This document shows positions 1 through 8,114 of a stretch of 64,000 nt of DNA, piece by piece. The notes beneath the pieces were generated by a model that was not told where the DNA came from, did not search any database, and saw nothing but the letters and a program-made list of their open reading frames with translations. Both the position numbers and the translations under genes were made by a program. The number at the start of each line of letters is the position of its first letter. Within the stretch, counting starts at the first letter, position 1. Source of the DNA: a virus (taxonomy: Duplodnaviria > Caudoviricetes). Location of the stretch: positions 5,354-69,353 of the IMG/VR virus record IMGVR_UViG_3300006139_000013. One strand, given 5' to 3'.

Positions 1-13
1 CTTCAGTAGTCAT

Positions 14-1072
14 TTACTCACCATCCCCATAATAATCAGGAGGTAACTTAATGAACTCTGAAATCTTTTCCCTATTGACTAACGTTGTATCATCTTTAAA
101 AATTCCATAAGGATCACCATACTGTTTGAGATATTCGGCAACCTTATCATCATAGAACTTATATACATCAGCATAATCAACCTCTGGCTTACCCTCCAAG
201 CGGCGACAATAATTCACATAGCACCAAATAATGAAATCTGGAGCATCATTTGGCCTGTATTTGAATTGCGGAAGGATTCTTGTTATATCCTGCTCTCGTT
301 CAAATTTCTGAAAGAACTCTGAAAAACACGTGACTCCACCTTGAACATCAATAGCGTTTAACTGCTTTAATGCTTCAGAAGCCAGCTTTGACCATTTTTC
401 AGCATCAGCAATTCCACCAGAACTTGTTGCAATTTCTTCTTTGGAAGCAAACCGAACGTACCGCAATAAAAGATTCTTTTGGCTGGTAGAAATATTAGGA
501 TAGTCTTGTTTACTGTCCTCATAAATCCGTTTCATGGTTTCATATTCTTTTGCTGTATATCCTTCACCAAACAACCGAATTACATCTTCTGTAACAACAA
601 AATCTTCATCAGATAAATAATAAACTTTTTCGGCGTTCATTGACTTTCGCCGTGAACTTTCAATAGCGGATTCTGAACCGCCACTAAAATTACTATCTTT
701 CCAAGTTTTGTTTCTATGTTGCTGCAAAGAAATGTTTTTCAAATACTTTCCAATAATGCCATCATTAGATACATCATCAGAACCAACATTTTTCTTTACT
801 TCTTCTTCAGATTTATCCCACAATGCTTGAATAAAAGGTTTATCTAATTGACGCAATAACGATTTGAAATTTTCAATATCAAATTCGTCATCATCATTAT
901 AACAGGCATTCTTAATACAATCTTTACACATAGGGATTCTTCCATCTTTATGTAATGGATTATAACTTACAAAGAAATCACGTGTAATCGGCTTTTCTTT
1001 TCCACAAGCAGAACACACCTTTTTAACAACTGGTTTTCTGGCAGTATTAGAACTGCCTGTTTTTCTCGCCAT
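14..1072 (-). CDS. Zn-finger phage protein, possibly terminase small subunit-related
   Basis: 352 aa; N-terminal CxxC...CxxC; function inferred only. Confidence 0.45.
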   Translation of the reverse strand: MARKTGSSNTARKPVVKKVCSACGKEKPITRDFFVSYNPLHKDGRIPMCKDCIKNACYNDDDEFDIENFKSLLRQLDKPFIQALWDKSEEEVKKNVGSDDVSNDGIIGKYLKNISLQQHRNKTWKDSNFSGGSESAIESSRRKSMNAEKVYYLSDEDFVVTEDVIRLFGEGYTAKEYETMKRIYEDSKQDYPNISTSQKNLLLRYVRFASKEEIATSSGGIADAEKWSKLASEALKQLNAIDVQGGVTCFSEFFQKFEREQDITRILPQFKYRPNDAPDFIIWCYVNYCRRLEGKPEVDYADVYKFYDDKVAEYLKQYGDPYGIFKDDTTLVNREKISEFIKLPPDYYGDGE

Positions 1073-1090
1073 ACTGCCACCTCACTCAAT

Positions 1091-1513
1091 TTATATATTT
1101 AAAATATTTTCGATCAGAAAATCAGATTCATAATTCACTCCAATTTTCTTTCCGCTCTTTGTATCTTCAAACCGAATAGTAATTGCCGTCATAGGATTAT
1201 CAGGAGCCTTCATCAAATAAATTTTATCTCTATCAAGACTATACAAAGCAAAATAATCAATTTCAGAATTTGAATATTTTCTTCTTCCTCCGTTAGTCCT
1301 ATGTGCGGTTGATGATGTTAAATCAAATATTGAACATCCATTCTTAGATTTAATAGATGTTTTCACCTGAATTTTGTTCAGCTTTCCATTAAATTCAGCA
1401 ACTAAGTCAGCTTTTTCATCATCACCAAATGGAATATAAATAGGGATACCCATTTCAACAAATTTAGCAAGAACTTTTGCTTCTCCAATATTCCCAATTC
1501 GTTTACTATTCAT
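1091..1513 (-). CDS. PD-(D/E)XK endonuclease, free-standing homing endonuclease-like
   Basis: GNIGEAKV...ADLV...KIQVKT motif; GGAGG RBS. Confidence 0.8.
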   Translation of the reverse strand: MNSKRIGNIGEAKVLAKFVEMGIPIYIPFGDDEKADLVAEFNGKLNKIQVKTSIKSKNGCSIFDLTSSTAHRTNGGRRKYSNSEIDYFALYSLDRDKIYLMKAPDNPMTAITIRFEDTKSGKKIGVNYESDFLIENILNI

Positions 1514-1532
1514 ATATCCCTCCTAATCACAA

Positions 1533-1569
1533 ATATAAAAAGACCAAGGACTATTGATCCTTGGCCTTT
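1533..1569 (-). terminator. Rho-independent terminator ending the tRNA cluster
   Basis: CCAAGGA/TCCTTGG stem followed by T-run on minus strand. Confidence 0.75.
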
Positions 1570-1671
1570 ACGTTAGATTCACCAGAATTGCACTGGAGCG
1601 GCTGCAACCGTGACCCTTATCTAACACAGATCATATTACATTTTGGAGGAAATGTGTAAACAAGAATACTC

Positions 1672-1746
1672 TGGTCTGGATATTCAGACTCGAACTGAAA
1701 CCTACATGATCCCAAATCATGCGCTCTACCATTAAGCTACATCCAG
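1672..1746 (-). tRNA. tRNA-Pro(UGG)
   Basis: Cloverleaf; CATGA-TTTGGGA-TCATG; TTCGAGT T-loop; CCA. Confidence 0.93.
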
Positions 1747-1963
1747 ATAAATCCACAATAGGCCGAGCGACACTTCGGCATCTCCTTTTCGCCAGTACGC
1801 ACAATCTGGCATGGTGATAGCTGCCCATTCTATCCTCTATTGTGGTATTGCTGTCTAAAACAATTACTTTTCAATGTGCCTTGTCAAGTCATATTGTAAC
1901 TCCAGCAACAAAGTTTGTTATAGCAAAGAAAGGGAGAACATCACACCGCTTACCCAAGGCGGC

Positions 1964-2049
1964 TGGTACGGGAGAAGGGGATCGAACCCTCACGACCACA
2001 GGCCAGCGGATTTTAAGTCCGCATCGTCTACCAATTCCGACACTCCCGC
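1964..2049 (-). tRNA. tRNA-Leu(UAA)
   Basis: GCGGA-CTTAAAA-TCCGC; long variable arm; CCA. Confidence 0.95.
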
Positions 2050-2060
2050 ATATAAACTAT

Positions 2061-2291
2061 TTACTCATCCCAAGGAACAAGATCATACAAATCAACTGGC
2101 GAATTTGCTATTCTAACCTTTACAAATCCTTTATCAACAACTTTCCATAAAGTAAATTTCATCTTTTCTACATTCTGGCTGATCTGATATTTCTGACCAG
2201 ATTTTGTCATACATAACACGCCAGCACCATTATCAGATGTAGGAATATTTTTTACAATCTTTTCAGTTATTTCTTCTGCTTTCTTTCTCAT
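2061..2291 (-). CDS. hypothetical protein inside tRNA cluster
   Basis: 76 aa ORF with AAGGT RBS between tRNAs. Confidence 0.65.
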   Translation of the reverse strand: MRKKAEEITEKIVKNIPTSDNGAGVLCMTKSGQKYQISQNVEKMKFTLWKVVDKGFVKVRIANSPVDLYDLVPWDE

Positions 2292-2312
2292 AAAGTACCT
2301 ACCTTAAAAATA

Positions 2313-2386
2313 TGGCAGGGGTAGTAGGAATCGAACCTACGATCAAGGAGTCAAAGTCCCCAGCCTTACCGCTTGGTTATACCCCT
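2313..2386 (-). tRNA. tRNA-Gln(UUG)
   Basis: GGGGA-CTTTGAC-TCCTT; CCA. Confidence 0.92.
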
Positions 2387-2461
2387 ATATAAAATCCCGC
2401 TGCGTTGCAAGCCACCTTCACGTCACAGTGAAATGCACTAAGACCATTATAATACGGGATA

Positions 2462-2537
2462 TGGAGACATTGGTGGGATTTGAACCCACGATCATAGTTT
2501 TGCGGACTATTGCCTTACCAATCTTGGCTACAATGTC
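2462..2537 (-). tRNA. tRNA-Cys(GCA), atypical C33
   Basis: ATAGT-CCGCAAA-ACTAT; GACATTG/CAATGTC acceptor; CCA. Confidence 0.88.
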
Positions 2538-2715
2538 ATGTCCTGATTATTCAGGACTATTTAATTACTTGAGATTCCGCATAGTCGATTGAAGCCGCTT
2601 TCCCTTGGCTTCTTCACCTCCCGGCATTTACAGTCCAAAGAATTTCTCCACCTCCACGCAAATGCGCCCTTTGTTCAACCCGGCGCACTCTGCTGACCAC
2701 AGAGTTTTCTTTATT

Positions 2716-2802
2716 TGGTGCTGGTAGTGGGACTTGAACCCACACGGTATTGCTACCAACAGATTTTGAGTCTGCCACGTCTGCCAATTCCATCATACCA
2801 GC
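2716..2802 (-). tRNA. tRNA-Leu(CAA)
   Basis: GCAGA-CTCAAAA-TCTGT; variable arm; CCA. Confidence 0.95.
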
Positions 2803-2805
2803 ATA

Positions 2806-3039
2806 TTATTTCTTTTTATACATCTCATAAGCCTTCTTATAAGGAATATTTTGATCCATCAATTCACGATAACACTGAATACAAAAATCAACTTCATCCG
2901 TATCTGGTTTTGCTGTAGTCATAATTCCAGTATGTTGACAATCTGCGCCACAACGATCACATTTTTGTTCCCATGACCACCATTTACCATCGTTACGACA
3001 ATTCCCTTTAAAATCCGTTTGCTTAATATTGTATTTCAT
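2806..3039 (-). CDS. small Cys-rich hypothetical protein
   Basis: GGAGG RBS then ATG at 3039; CxxC pairs. Confidence 0.65.
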   Translation of the reverse strand: MKYNIKQTDFKGNCRNDGKWWSWEQKCDRCGADCQHTGIMTTAKPDTDEVDFCIQCYRELMDQNIPYKKAYEMYKKK

Positions 3040-3063
3040 TTCTATCCTCCATACCGAAACATT

Positions 3064-3147
3064 TAAAGGGTGAGACTCGAACTCACGCACCATTTCTGGC
3101 CTAATAGATTAGCAATCTATCCTCTTCACCAGCTTGAGTACCTTACC
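3064..3147 (-). pseudogene. 3'-truncated tRNA-Ser(GCU)
   Basis: D, anticodon (ATAGA-TTGCTAA-TCTAT), variable and T arms intact; acceptor 3' strand CCTTTAA instead of CCTTACC; no CCA. Confidence 0.8.
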
Positions 3148-3265
3148 ATTGACACCCATTTGGTTTTCAGTAGAGCATCTGGTAGCCTTCGCCTACTACC
3201 ACTGGCTGAAACCTTGTCTTTATATACCGTAGGACAGCATTGACGGTTTAGGAATTTAATTCCTA

Positions 3266-3344
3266 TGGTTGCGGAGATGGGATTTGAACCCATGATTTCC
3301 AACTTATGAGGATGGCGAGATAGACCAGACTTCTCTACTCCGCA
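3266..3344 (-). tRNA. tRNA-Met(CAU), some initiator-like features
   Basis: CTCATAA loop; TGCGGAG/CTCCGCA; A11-U24; lacks the three G-C anticodon pairs; CCA. Confidence 0.9.
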
Positions 3345-3428
3345 ATATATAAAGCAAGCGGTGGTTTATGGGCTATATGACGAGAACACCACAAAACTTT
3401 CATATCCCCGTATGCACTTGCTTATTTA

Positions 3429-4178
3429 CTAATCAGTTAATTTCAAAAGAATTTTTGCATGAGTTGAATCAGACAATGTAAATCCAAAATCTTTCCAAAC
3501 TTGATCCCTAAGAAACGGAAGTGTATAATGTTCAAAATATACAACCTCATACTTTGTAGGAATCTTACTCAAAAATTCTTCAATGCTATGTGGGAAGTAA
3601 TTTTCTCTAACTTCACGATCCCAATTTTCCACATAACGATAAGTCAATAGGTAATGCAAAAAATTTTTGTTACTGGTCAACCCCCCATTAAAAGCCTCAA
3701 ACTCTGAAATCTTATCAGGATTTTCACGCTGAAGAACTTTTGCTAAAGAAATAGGATTGGTTGGATGACAAGAATGTTTAGAATAAAACATATCTCGAAT
3801 TGCAATATATGTTGCTCCACTATCAAAAATGTTTCGATAATCCCATTCAACATCGGGCGAATACGCATGAATTTCATGGAATACAGATGAAGCATTTAAA
3901 ACAGTATTATGTAAGTTCGATTTCGGATCAGTTGAAAGAAGATCGGCATTAGGAACATTTCGCTTGGCAATATCAATCATTTCCTGACTAATATCATATC
4001 CATCTAATTTCATACTCGGACAGATTTCGCCAACCATTTTTAACAGCGATCCATCTGCGCAACCATAATCGTAAATGGTACTTATGTTGCCATCAATCTT
4101 ATCCAAAAACCAAATCTTATCCAGCATACTTTTTCGCATTCCATCATTGTAAACATTCATATTTGCAATCGGAGTCAT
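3429..4178 (-). CDS. class I SAM-dependent methyltransferase
   Basis: IYDYGCADG motif I, GYDIS motif II. Confidence 0.8.
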   Translation of the reverse strand: MTPIANMNVYNDGMRKSMLDKIWFLDKIDGNISTIYDYGCADGSLLKMVGEICPSMKLDGYDISQEMIDIAKRNVPNADLLSTDPKSNLHNTVLNASSVFHEIHAYSPDVEWDYRNIFDSGATYIAIRDMFYSKHSCHPTNPISLAKVLQRENPDKISEFEAFNGGLTSNKNFLHYLLTYRYVENWDREVRENYFPHSIEEFLSKIPTKYEVVYFEHYTLPFLRDQVWKDFGFTLSDSTHAKILLKLTD

Positions 4179-4204
4179 TTTACATCTACCTTTTCATTTG
4201 ATTT

Positions 4205-4279
4205 TGGTAGGGCGTATGGGAGTCGAACCCATGTTTCTGGCGTGAAAGGCCAGCGTCTTTACCGCTTGACTAACGCCCC
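4205..4279 (-). tRNA. tRNA-Glu(UUC)
   Basis: CTGGC-CTTTCAC-GCCAG; CCA. Confidence 0.95.
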
Positions 4280-4296
4280 GTTTTATTGAATAAACT

Positions 4297-4400
4297 GTTA
4301 TTCACTTTTAGATCATTGTCAGTTCCTTGCTCCTGACATTATTTATTATAGTTGAATATACCGTTATTGTCAAGGGGTATTTTAAATTTTGTTTCAAAAA
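4297..4400 (-). repeat. 104-bp promoter block, copy 1 (inverted copy at 43024-43127)
   Basis: Identical by direct alignment. Confidence 0.93.
4345..4373 (-). promoter_or_regulatory. sigmaA-type promoter for tRNA genes
   Basis: TTGACA-17-TATAAT. Confidence 0.9.
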
Positions 4401-4405
4401 ATTTT

Positions 4406-4480
4406 TGGTGGGAGAAAAAGGACTCGAACCCTTTCCCTTTGAGCTTCAACCAAATGCTCTACCTGTTAAGCTATTCTCCC
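4406..4480 (-). tRNA. tRNA-Phe(GAA), atypical G37
   Basis: TTTGG-TTGAAGC-TCAAA; CCA. Confidence 0.9.
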
Positions 4481-4514
4481 ATACCGGGCAGGAGTGGTGA
4501 TCCTCCTGCACCAA

Positions 4515-4787
4515 TTATTTAACGCAATCTGTCAGAGAATTGCCGGGACGAATTTTTACAAAATCATGTGCTGGAATAACTTTCCTATCTTTTGTTCCAA
4601 ATCCATGCCCAACATACTCTTTCTTTTCTCTGCGTTCAATCTTCATAAACCCATATAATGAAACAGAATCACCATTACGAATTGCATTTACAATCGCTGC
4701 CTCATATGCGTCCATAAAAGTTGCAACATCCTTTTTAGATTGCTCCGTCCTGCTTGCAATATCTGAGATCAATTCATTTCTATTCAT
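4515..4787 (-). CDS. hup: HU-like DNA-binding protein
   Basis: MNRNELISDIA...GDSVSLYGF...VKIRPG pattern, 90 aa. Confidence 0.9.
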   Translation of the reverse strand: MNRNELISDIASRTEQSKKDVATFMDAYEAAIVNAIRNGDSVSLYGFMKIERREKKEYVGHGFGTKDRKVIPAHDFVKIRPGNSLTDCVK

Positions 4788-4795
4788 ATATCACC

Positions 4796-5983
4796 TCACA
4801 ATTTAATCGCATATTCAATAGCTTTGCCTTTGCCTTTTTCAAAGACAAGAAAAGTGGCTCCAGCATTTGAGGTTTTATGAATAGACAAAGAATAATCATC
4901 AACACCAATAATACTTGGAACATTAATTACTTCCTGATTAATACCAACAGTCTCACTACGAGAATGATGTTTATGACCAGCAATCAAAAAGTCAAGCTGA
5001 ACACGATATATCTGCGAAAAATCTTTAATAGCCTGTTCCATACTTTTTACTTCACCATGAATACCAAGTAACTTATACCCAAGAATATCAGCATAAATGT
5101 ATCCTGTTGGATTCTTAGTAAATGTAAAATTAGGGTTGTTCGCAAGCCTTGTAGCAATAATTGATTCTACCACAAGACTCATATTTTCTTTGGTAAACGT
5201 CCCTTTAGGCTGACCAAGCATACGTAGTTCTGTATGATTTCCGTTAGTGGTTTGAAACTCGACCTCAACGTACTTACTTAATTCATTTAGCCAATTTGAA
5301 ATAAATTCCGCATATCGAACAGTTCCTTCTACTACGCCATACCGAAGCTGCATCAACTGTTTAACTCGTAATAAACCATCCTCAAAATCACCCAATGAAA
5401 ATACATGAATTCTTGAAAATCCTTCTTTTCTAACAATAGAAATAGTTTGATCTAACAAACTCCACATTCTATTTTCAAATATTTCAGGACTATAAGAATT
5501 AATTACCTCATTATTGAGGCCACGAATTTCAAATTCAGTACCGTAATGTTCATCACCAAACAGCAACACCCCTTCTCTGTCAGACAATTCTGTATGAATT
5601 GGTTCAGGAATCACTAAAGGTTCCAACTGTGCAACTGCTTGACAAATATGTTCTACAATTAATTCATCACGAGCATTCTCACGCAGCCAACGATTTAATT
5701 CTAACTTTTCAGTTTGAACTTTATAGCGTTCTTTTCGTAATTCACGCATCTGAACAGTTGCTTCAGTAGGAGTGACAGCAGAACTTTCCAGCGGATTTTT
5801 AATCCAACCAGCTTCTAAATACTCATAAAACAATTTTGCTCCCTTACGAATTGTATCACGGTGTTCATCATCACCTGTATATTCAGCACGTAAATCCGCT
5901 ATATCCTGCCATTCAATAGCAGGATCAGTCAAACGTTGAGAGAGCAAATCAAACTGTCGGCTTAAAAACTCTGTTTGTTCCAA
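4796..5983 (-). CDS. calcineurin-like metallophosphoesterase (SPbeta YonJ-like)
   Basis: GDEHYG, LGDFEDG, GNH, GIHG, GHKH motifs. Confidence 0.8.
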   Translation of the reverse strand: MEQTEFLSRQFDLLSQRLTDPAIEWQDIADLRAEYTGDDEHRDTIRKGAKLFYEYLEAGWIKNPLESSAVTPTEATVQMRELRKERYKVQTEKLELNRWLRENARDELIVEHICQAVAQLEPLVIPEPIHTELSDREGVLLFGDEHYGTEFEIRGLNNEVINSYSPEIFENRMWSLLDQTISIVRKEGFSRIHVFSLGDFEDGLLRVKQLMQLRYGVVEGTVRYAEFISNWLNELSKYVEVEFQTTNGNHTELRMLGQPKGTFTKENMSLVVESIIATRLANNPNFTFTKNPTGYIYADILGYKLLGIHGEVKSMEQAIKDFSQIYRVQLDFLIAGHKHHSRSETVGINQEVINVPSIIGVDDYSLSIHKTSNAGATFLVFEKGKGKAIEYAIKL

Positions 5984-6020
5984 CTGTTATCACTCCCTTC
6001 TGAGGGCAAATATTTTACCC

Positions 6021-6203
6021 TTAATCTTCGCTTGCAGAATCATCACCCTTTGCATCTGCGTCAGGGGCATAATCCATACACTCTTCCATTGTCAGTGTAA
6101 TCATCATATCTTTCTTTGCGCTTTCATGAAACTTCATCAGAGGCTTCAACTTTTCGCAAACCATATAGTGATCACAGCGTTCACACATAAAATTATTAAT
6201 CAT
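6021..6203 (-). CDS. hypothetical protein
   Basis: 60 aa, CxxC, RBS. Confidence 0.6.
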   Translation of the reverse strand: MINNFMCERCDHYMVCEKLKPLMKFHESAKKDMMITLTMEECMDYAPDADAKGDDSASED

Positions 6204-6235
6204 AATATCATTCCTCTCTATTGAATATATAGTTA

Positions 6236-7063
6236 TTAGTCAAGCAAATCAGCCATTGCAGCCGTTTCACTTCGTTCTGTCTTGAGCAATTTTACATAAC
6301 CAAAACGTTTATGCCCCTTGAGCCGATCCACAGCAATCATAAGCCCATTGTTTTCAGCAAATGTTTTATGATCTGTCTGTTTATAGTCACCGTTTAACCA
6401 AAGAGCAGAACCATCACCAACACGGCCTAAAAGAAGCTGAACGTGTTCCTTCGTCATATTCTCAGCTTCGCTACACATGATAATCGTATGCTTAATATCA
6501 CGTCCACGAATAAAACCTAAGTGTTCAACCTCGACCTTGCCTTCATCCATTAATGATTCAAGTCCGTCAACTCCGCCAACATGATCTGCCAGCGGCATTG
6601 CAAACGGTAACAGCTTATCAAACGCATCACCCGGCAAAAATCCAAGTGGCTTAGAATTTTTGACCTCAACATTATTCCGAACCCACATAATCCTATCATA
6701 CTTTCCCTGCAACACTAAATCCAGTGCTGCTGATGCCATAAGATAGTCTTTACCTGATCCAAAGCAACCAGATAGAATTTTTACCGTAATATCATCATTA
6801 TAAAGCAAATCCATAGCAAGTCGCTGTTGGGGATTTCTTGGCTTAATATTTCCAGTATAAGAATTCTTGATTGCCTTGTAAGCAACAGGAACATATGTAG
6901 AACCATTCCATTGATAAAAGTCCTTAACCTGACCCTCAATGTCATAAATCAAAACATATTCATTTTGCAGACAATCGAAAATGTTATCGTTACGATTTCC
7001 ATAGAAATCATTTAAGCGTGAATCATCACACATAATTTCCTGAAATCCACGGTATTCATCCAT
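6236..7063 (-). CDS. phoH: PhoH family ATPase
   Basis: GCFGSGKD P-loop; FIRGRDI; SEAENMT; LGRVG; GDYKQTD. Confidence 0.92.
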   Translation of the reverse strand: MDEYRGFQEIMCDDSRLNDFYGNRNDNIFDCLQNEYVLIYDIEGQVKDFYQWNGSTYVPVAYKAIKNSYTGNIKPRNPQQRLAMDLLYNDDITVKILSGCFGSGKDYLMASAALDLVLQGKYDRIMWVRNNVEVKNSKPLGFLPGDAFDKLLPFAMPLADHVGGVDGLESLMDEGKVEVEHLGFIRGRDIKHTIIMCSEAENMTKEHVQLLLGRVGDGSALWLNGDYKQTDHKTFAENNGLMIAVDRLKGHKRFGYVKLLKTERSETAAMADLLD

Positions 7064-7076
7064 ATCCTAACCACCT

Positions 7077-7715
7077 TTACAGAATTTCGTCAAGGCTACA
7101 ATCCTCGCCAATAATATAGTCGCAGAATCCCTTCTCCTTGGCCTCATCTGCAAACAAATACCACTCAACACGAAGTTTGCTATCATATTCCTCAGACGTA
7201 ATCTTGCTTCTGGACAAAACATATGCCTTAATTCTCTGCTCAATGCGCTTATTAAATTCCATTTGATCTTGCGCCTTTGCACCAGAATTAATAACAAAAT
7301 TTGTTCCATCGTGCATCAAAAACTTAGCTGTCTTAGACGCATAACGCTTGTGTCCTGCAAGGCCAATCAAGAATCCCATAGAATACTGATAACCAAGATT
7401 AATTGTGTAAACAGGTGTCTTGCTTTGGAGAATTACATCAACCAGTTCAAACCCCGGATCAATAGAACCGCCATTAGAAGAACAATACAGTAGAATTGGC
7501 TTACGATCCTCAACAGGTTTACCCTTATCATCTGCATTATACTGGAGGATATGTCGTACCACATTATCAATGACACATTCATCAATATCTTCATTAAGAT
7601 ACAGCTTTCTATTTTGCAAATTACGCAAATAGAAAAGTTCGTCAACCCCCCAAGATTTCAGAACTGCCCCTTCATCGAAGCTGCAATCAATATCATAAAA
7701 CCCACGCTGGCTCAT
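7077..7715 (-). CDS. clpP: ClpP-like protease
   Basis: SNGGS, YSMG nucleophile, FLMHD; start reassigned to ATG after GGAGG. Confidence 0.85.
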   Translation of the reverse strand: MSQRGFYDIDCSFDEGAVLKSWGVDELFYLRNLQNRKLYLNEDIDECVIDNVVRHILQYNADDKGKPVEDRKPILLYCSSNGGSIDPGFELVDVILQSKTPVYTINLGYQYSMGFLIGLAGHKRYASKTAKFLMHDGTNFVINSGAKAQDQMEFNKRIEQRIKAYVLSRSKITSEEYDSKLRVEWYLFADEAKEKGFCDYIIGEDCSLDEIL

Positions 7716-7728
7716 AAATCCACCTCCA

Positions 7729-7950
7729 TTAATGACGGTATCTGTGCTTATTACGCTCACGTTCCTTATCAATCTGCTTGCAGATTGTAGCTGCTGCATA
7801 GTTACTATCAACAATCAACTGCAAATACTTTTCGGCTTCTGGCAGATAATAGTGATGCCGCTTACTTTTCTGGATACAGGTTCTTACGATCTCTGCATGA
7901 GGGAACACCTCACGCACACGCTCCGATTCTGCCTTAGTAATAGAAATCAA
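7729..7950 (-). CDS. hypothetical protein
   Basis: TTG start after AAAGGA. Confidence 0.55.
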   Translation of the reverse strand: MISITKAESERVREVFPHAEIVRTCIQKSKRHHYYLPEAEKYLQLIVDSNYAAATICKQIDKERERNKHRYRH

Positions 7951-8114
7951 ATTATTCAGTCCTTTACAATAAATTTTTGAGTACAGAAAACCACCCAATT
8001 TGGGACTTTTGTGTTCTATCCCTTCTGCCCATTTAGCAAATCATAAAACTTCCCCAAATTGGGGACATTTTTAACTTGTAATAATAATTTTTGACGAATT
8101 TGAATTCGCCGTTT

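Noticed and set aside
1631-2918. ORFs overlapping tRNAs (1631, 1842, 1874, 2614, 2715)
   Set aside because: Explained by tRNA genes and structured spacers.
1600-4480. HDV-like theta ribozymes at tRNA 3' ends
   Set aside because: No P1/P1' pairing or catalytic J4/2 found by eye, and the tRNAs encode CCA; a descriptor search would be decisive.
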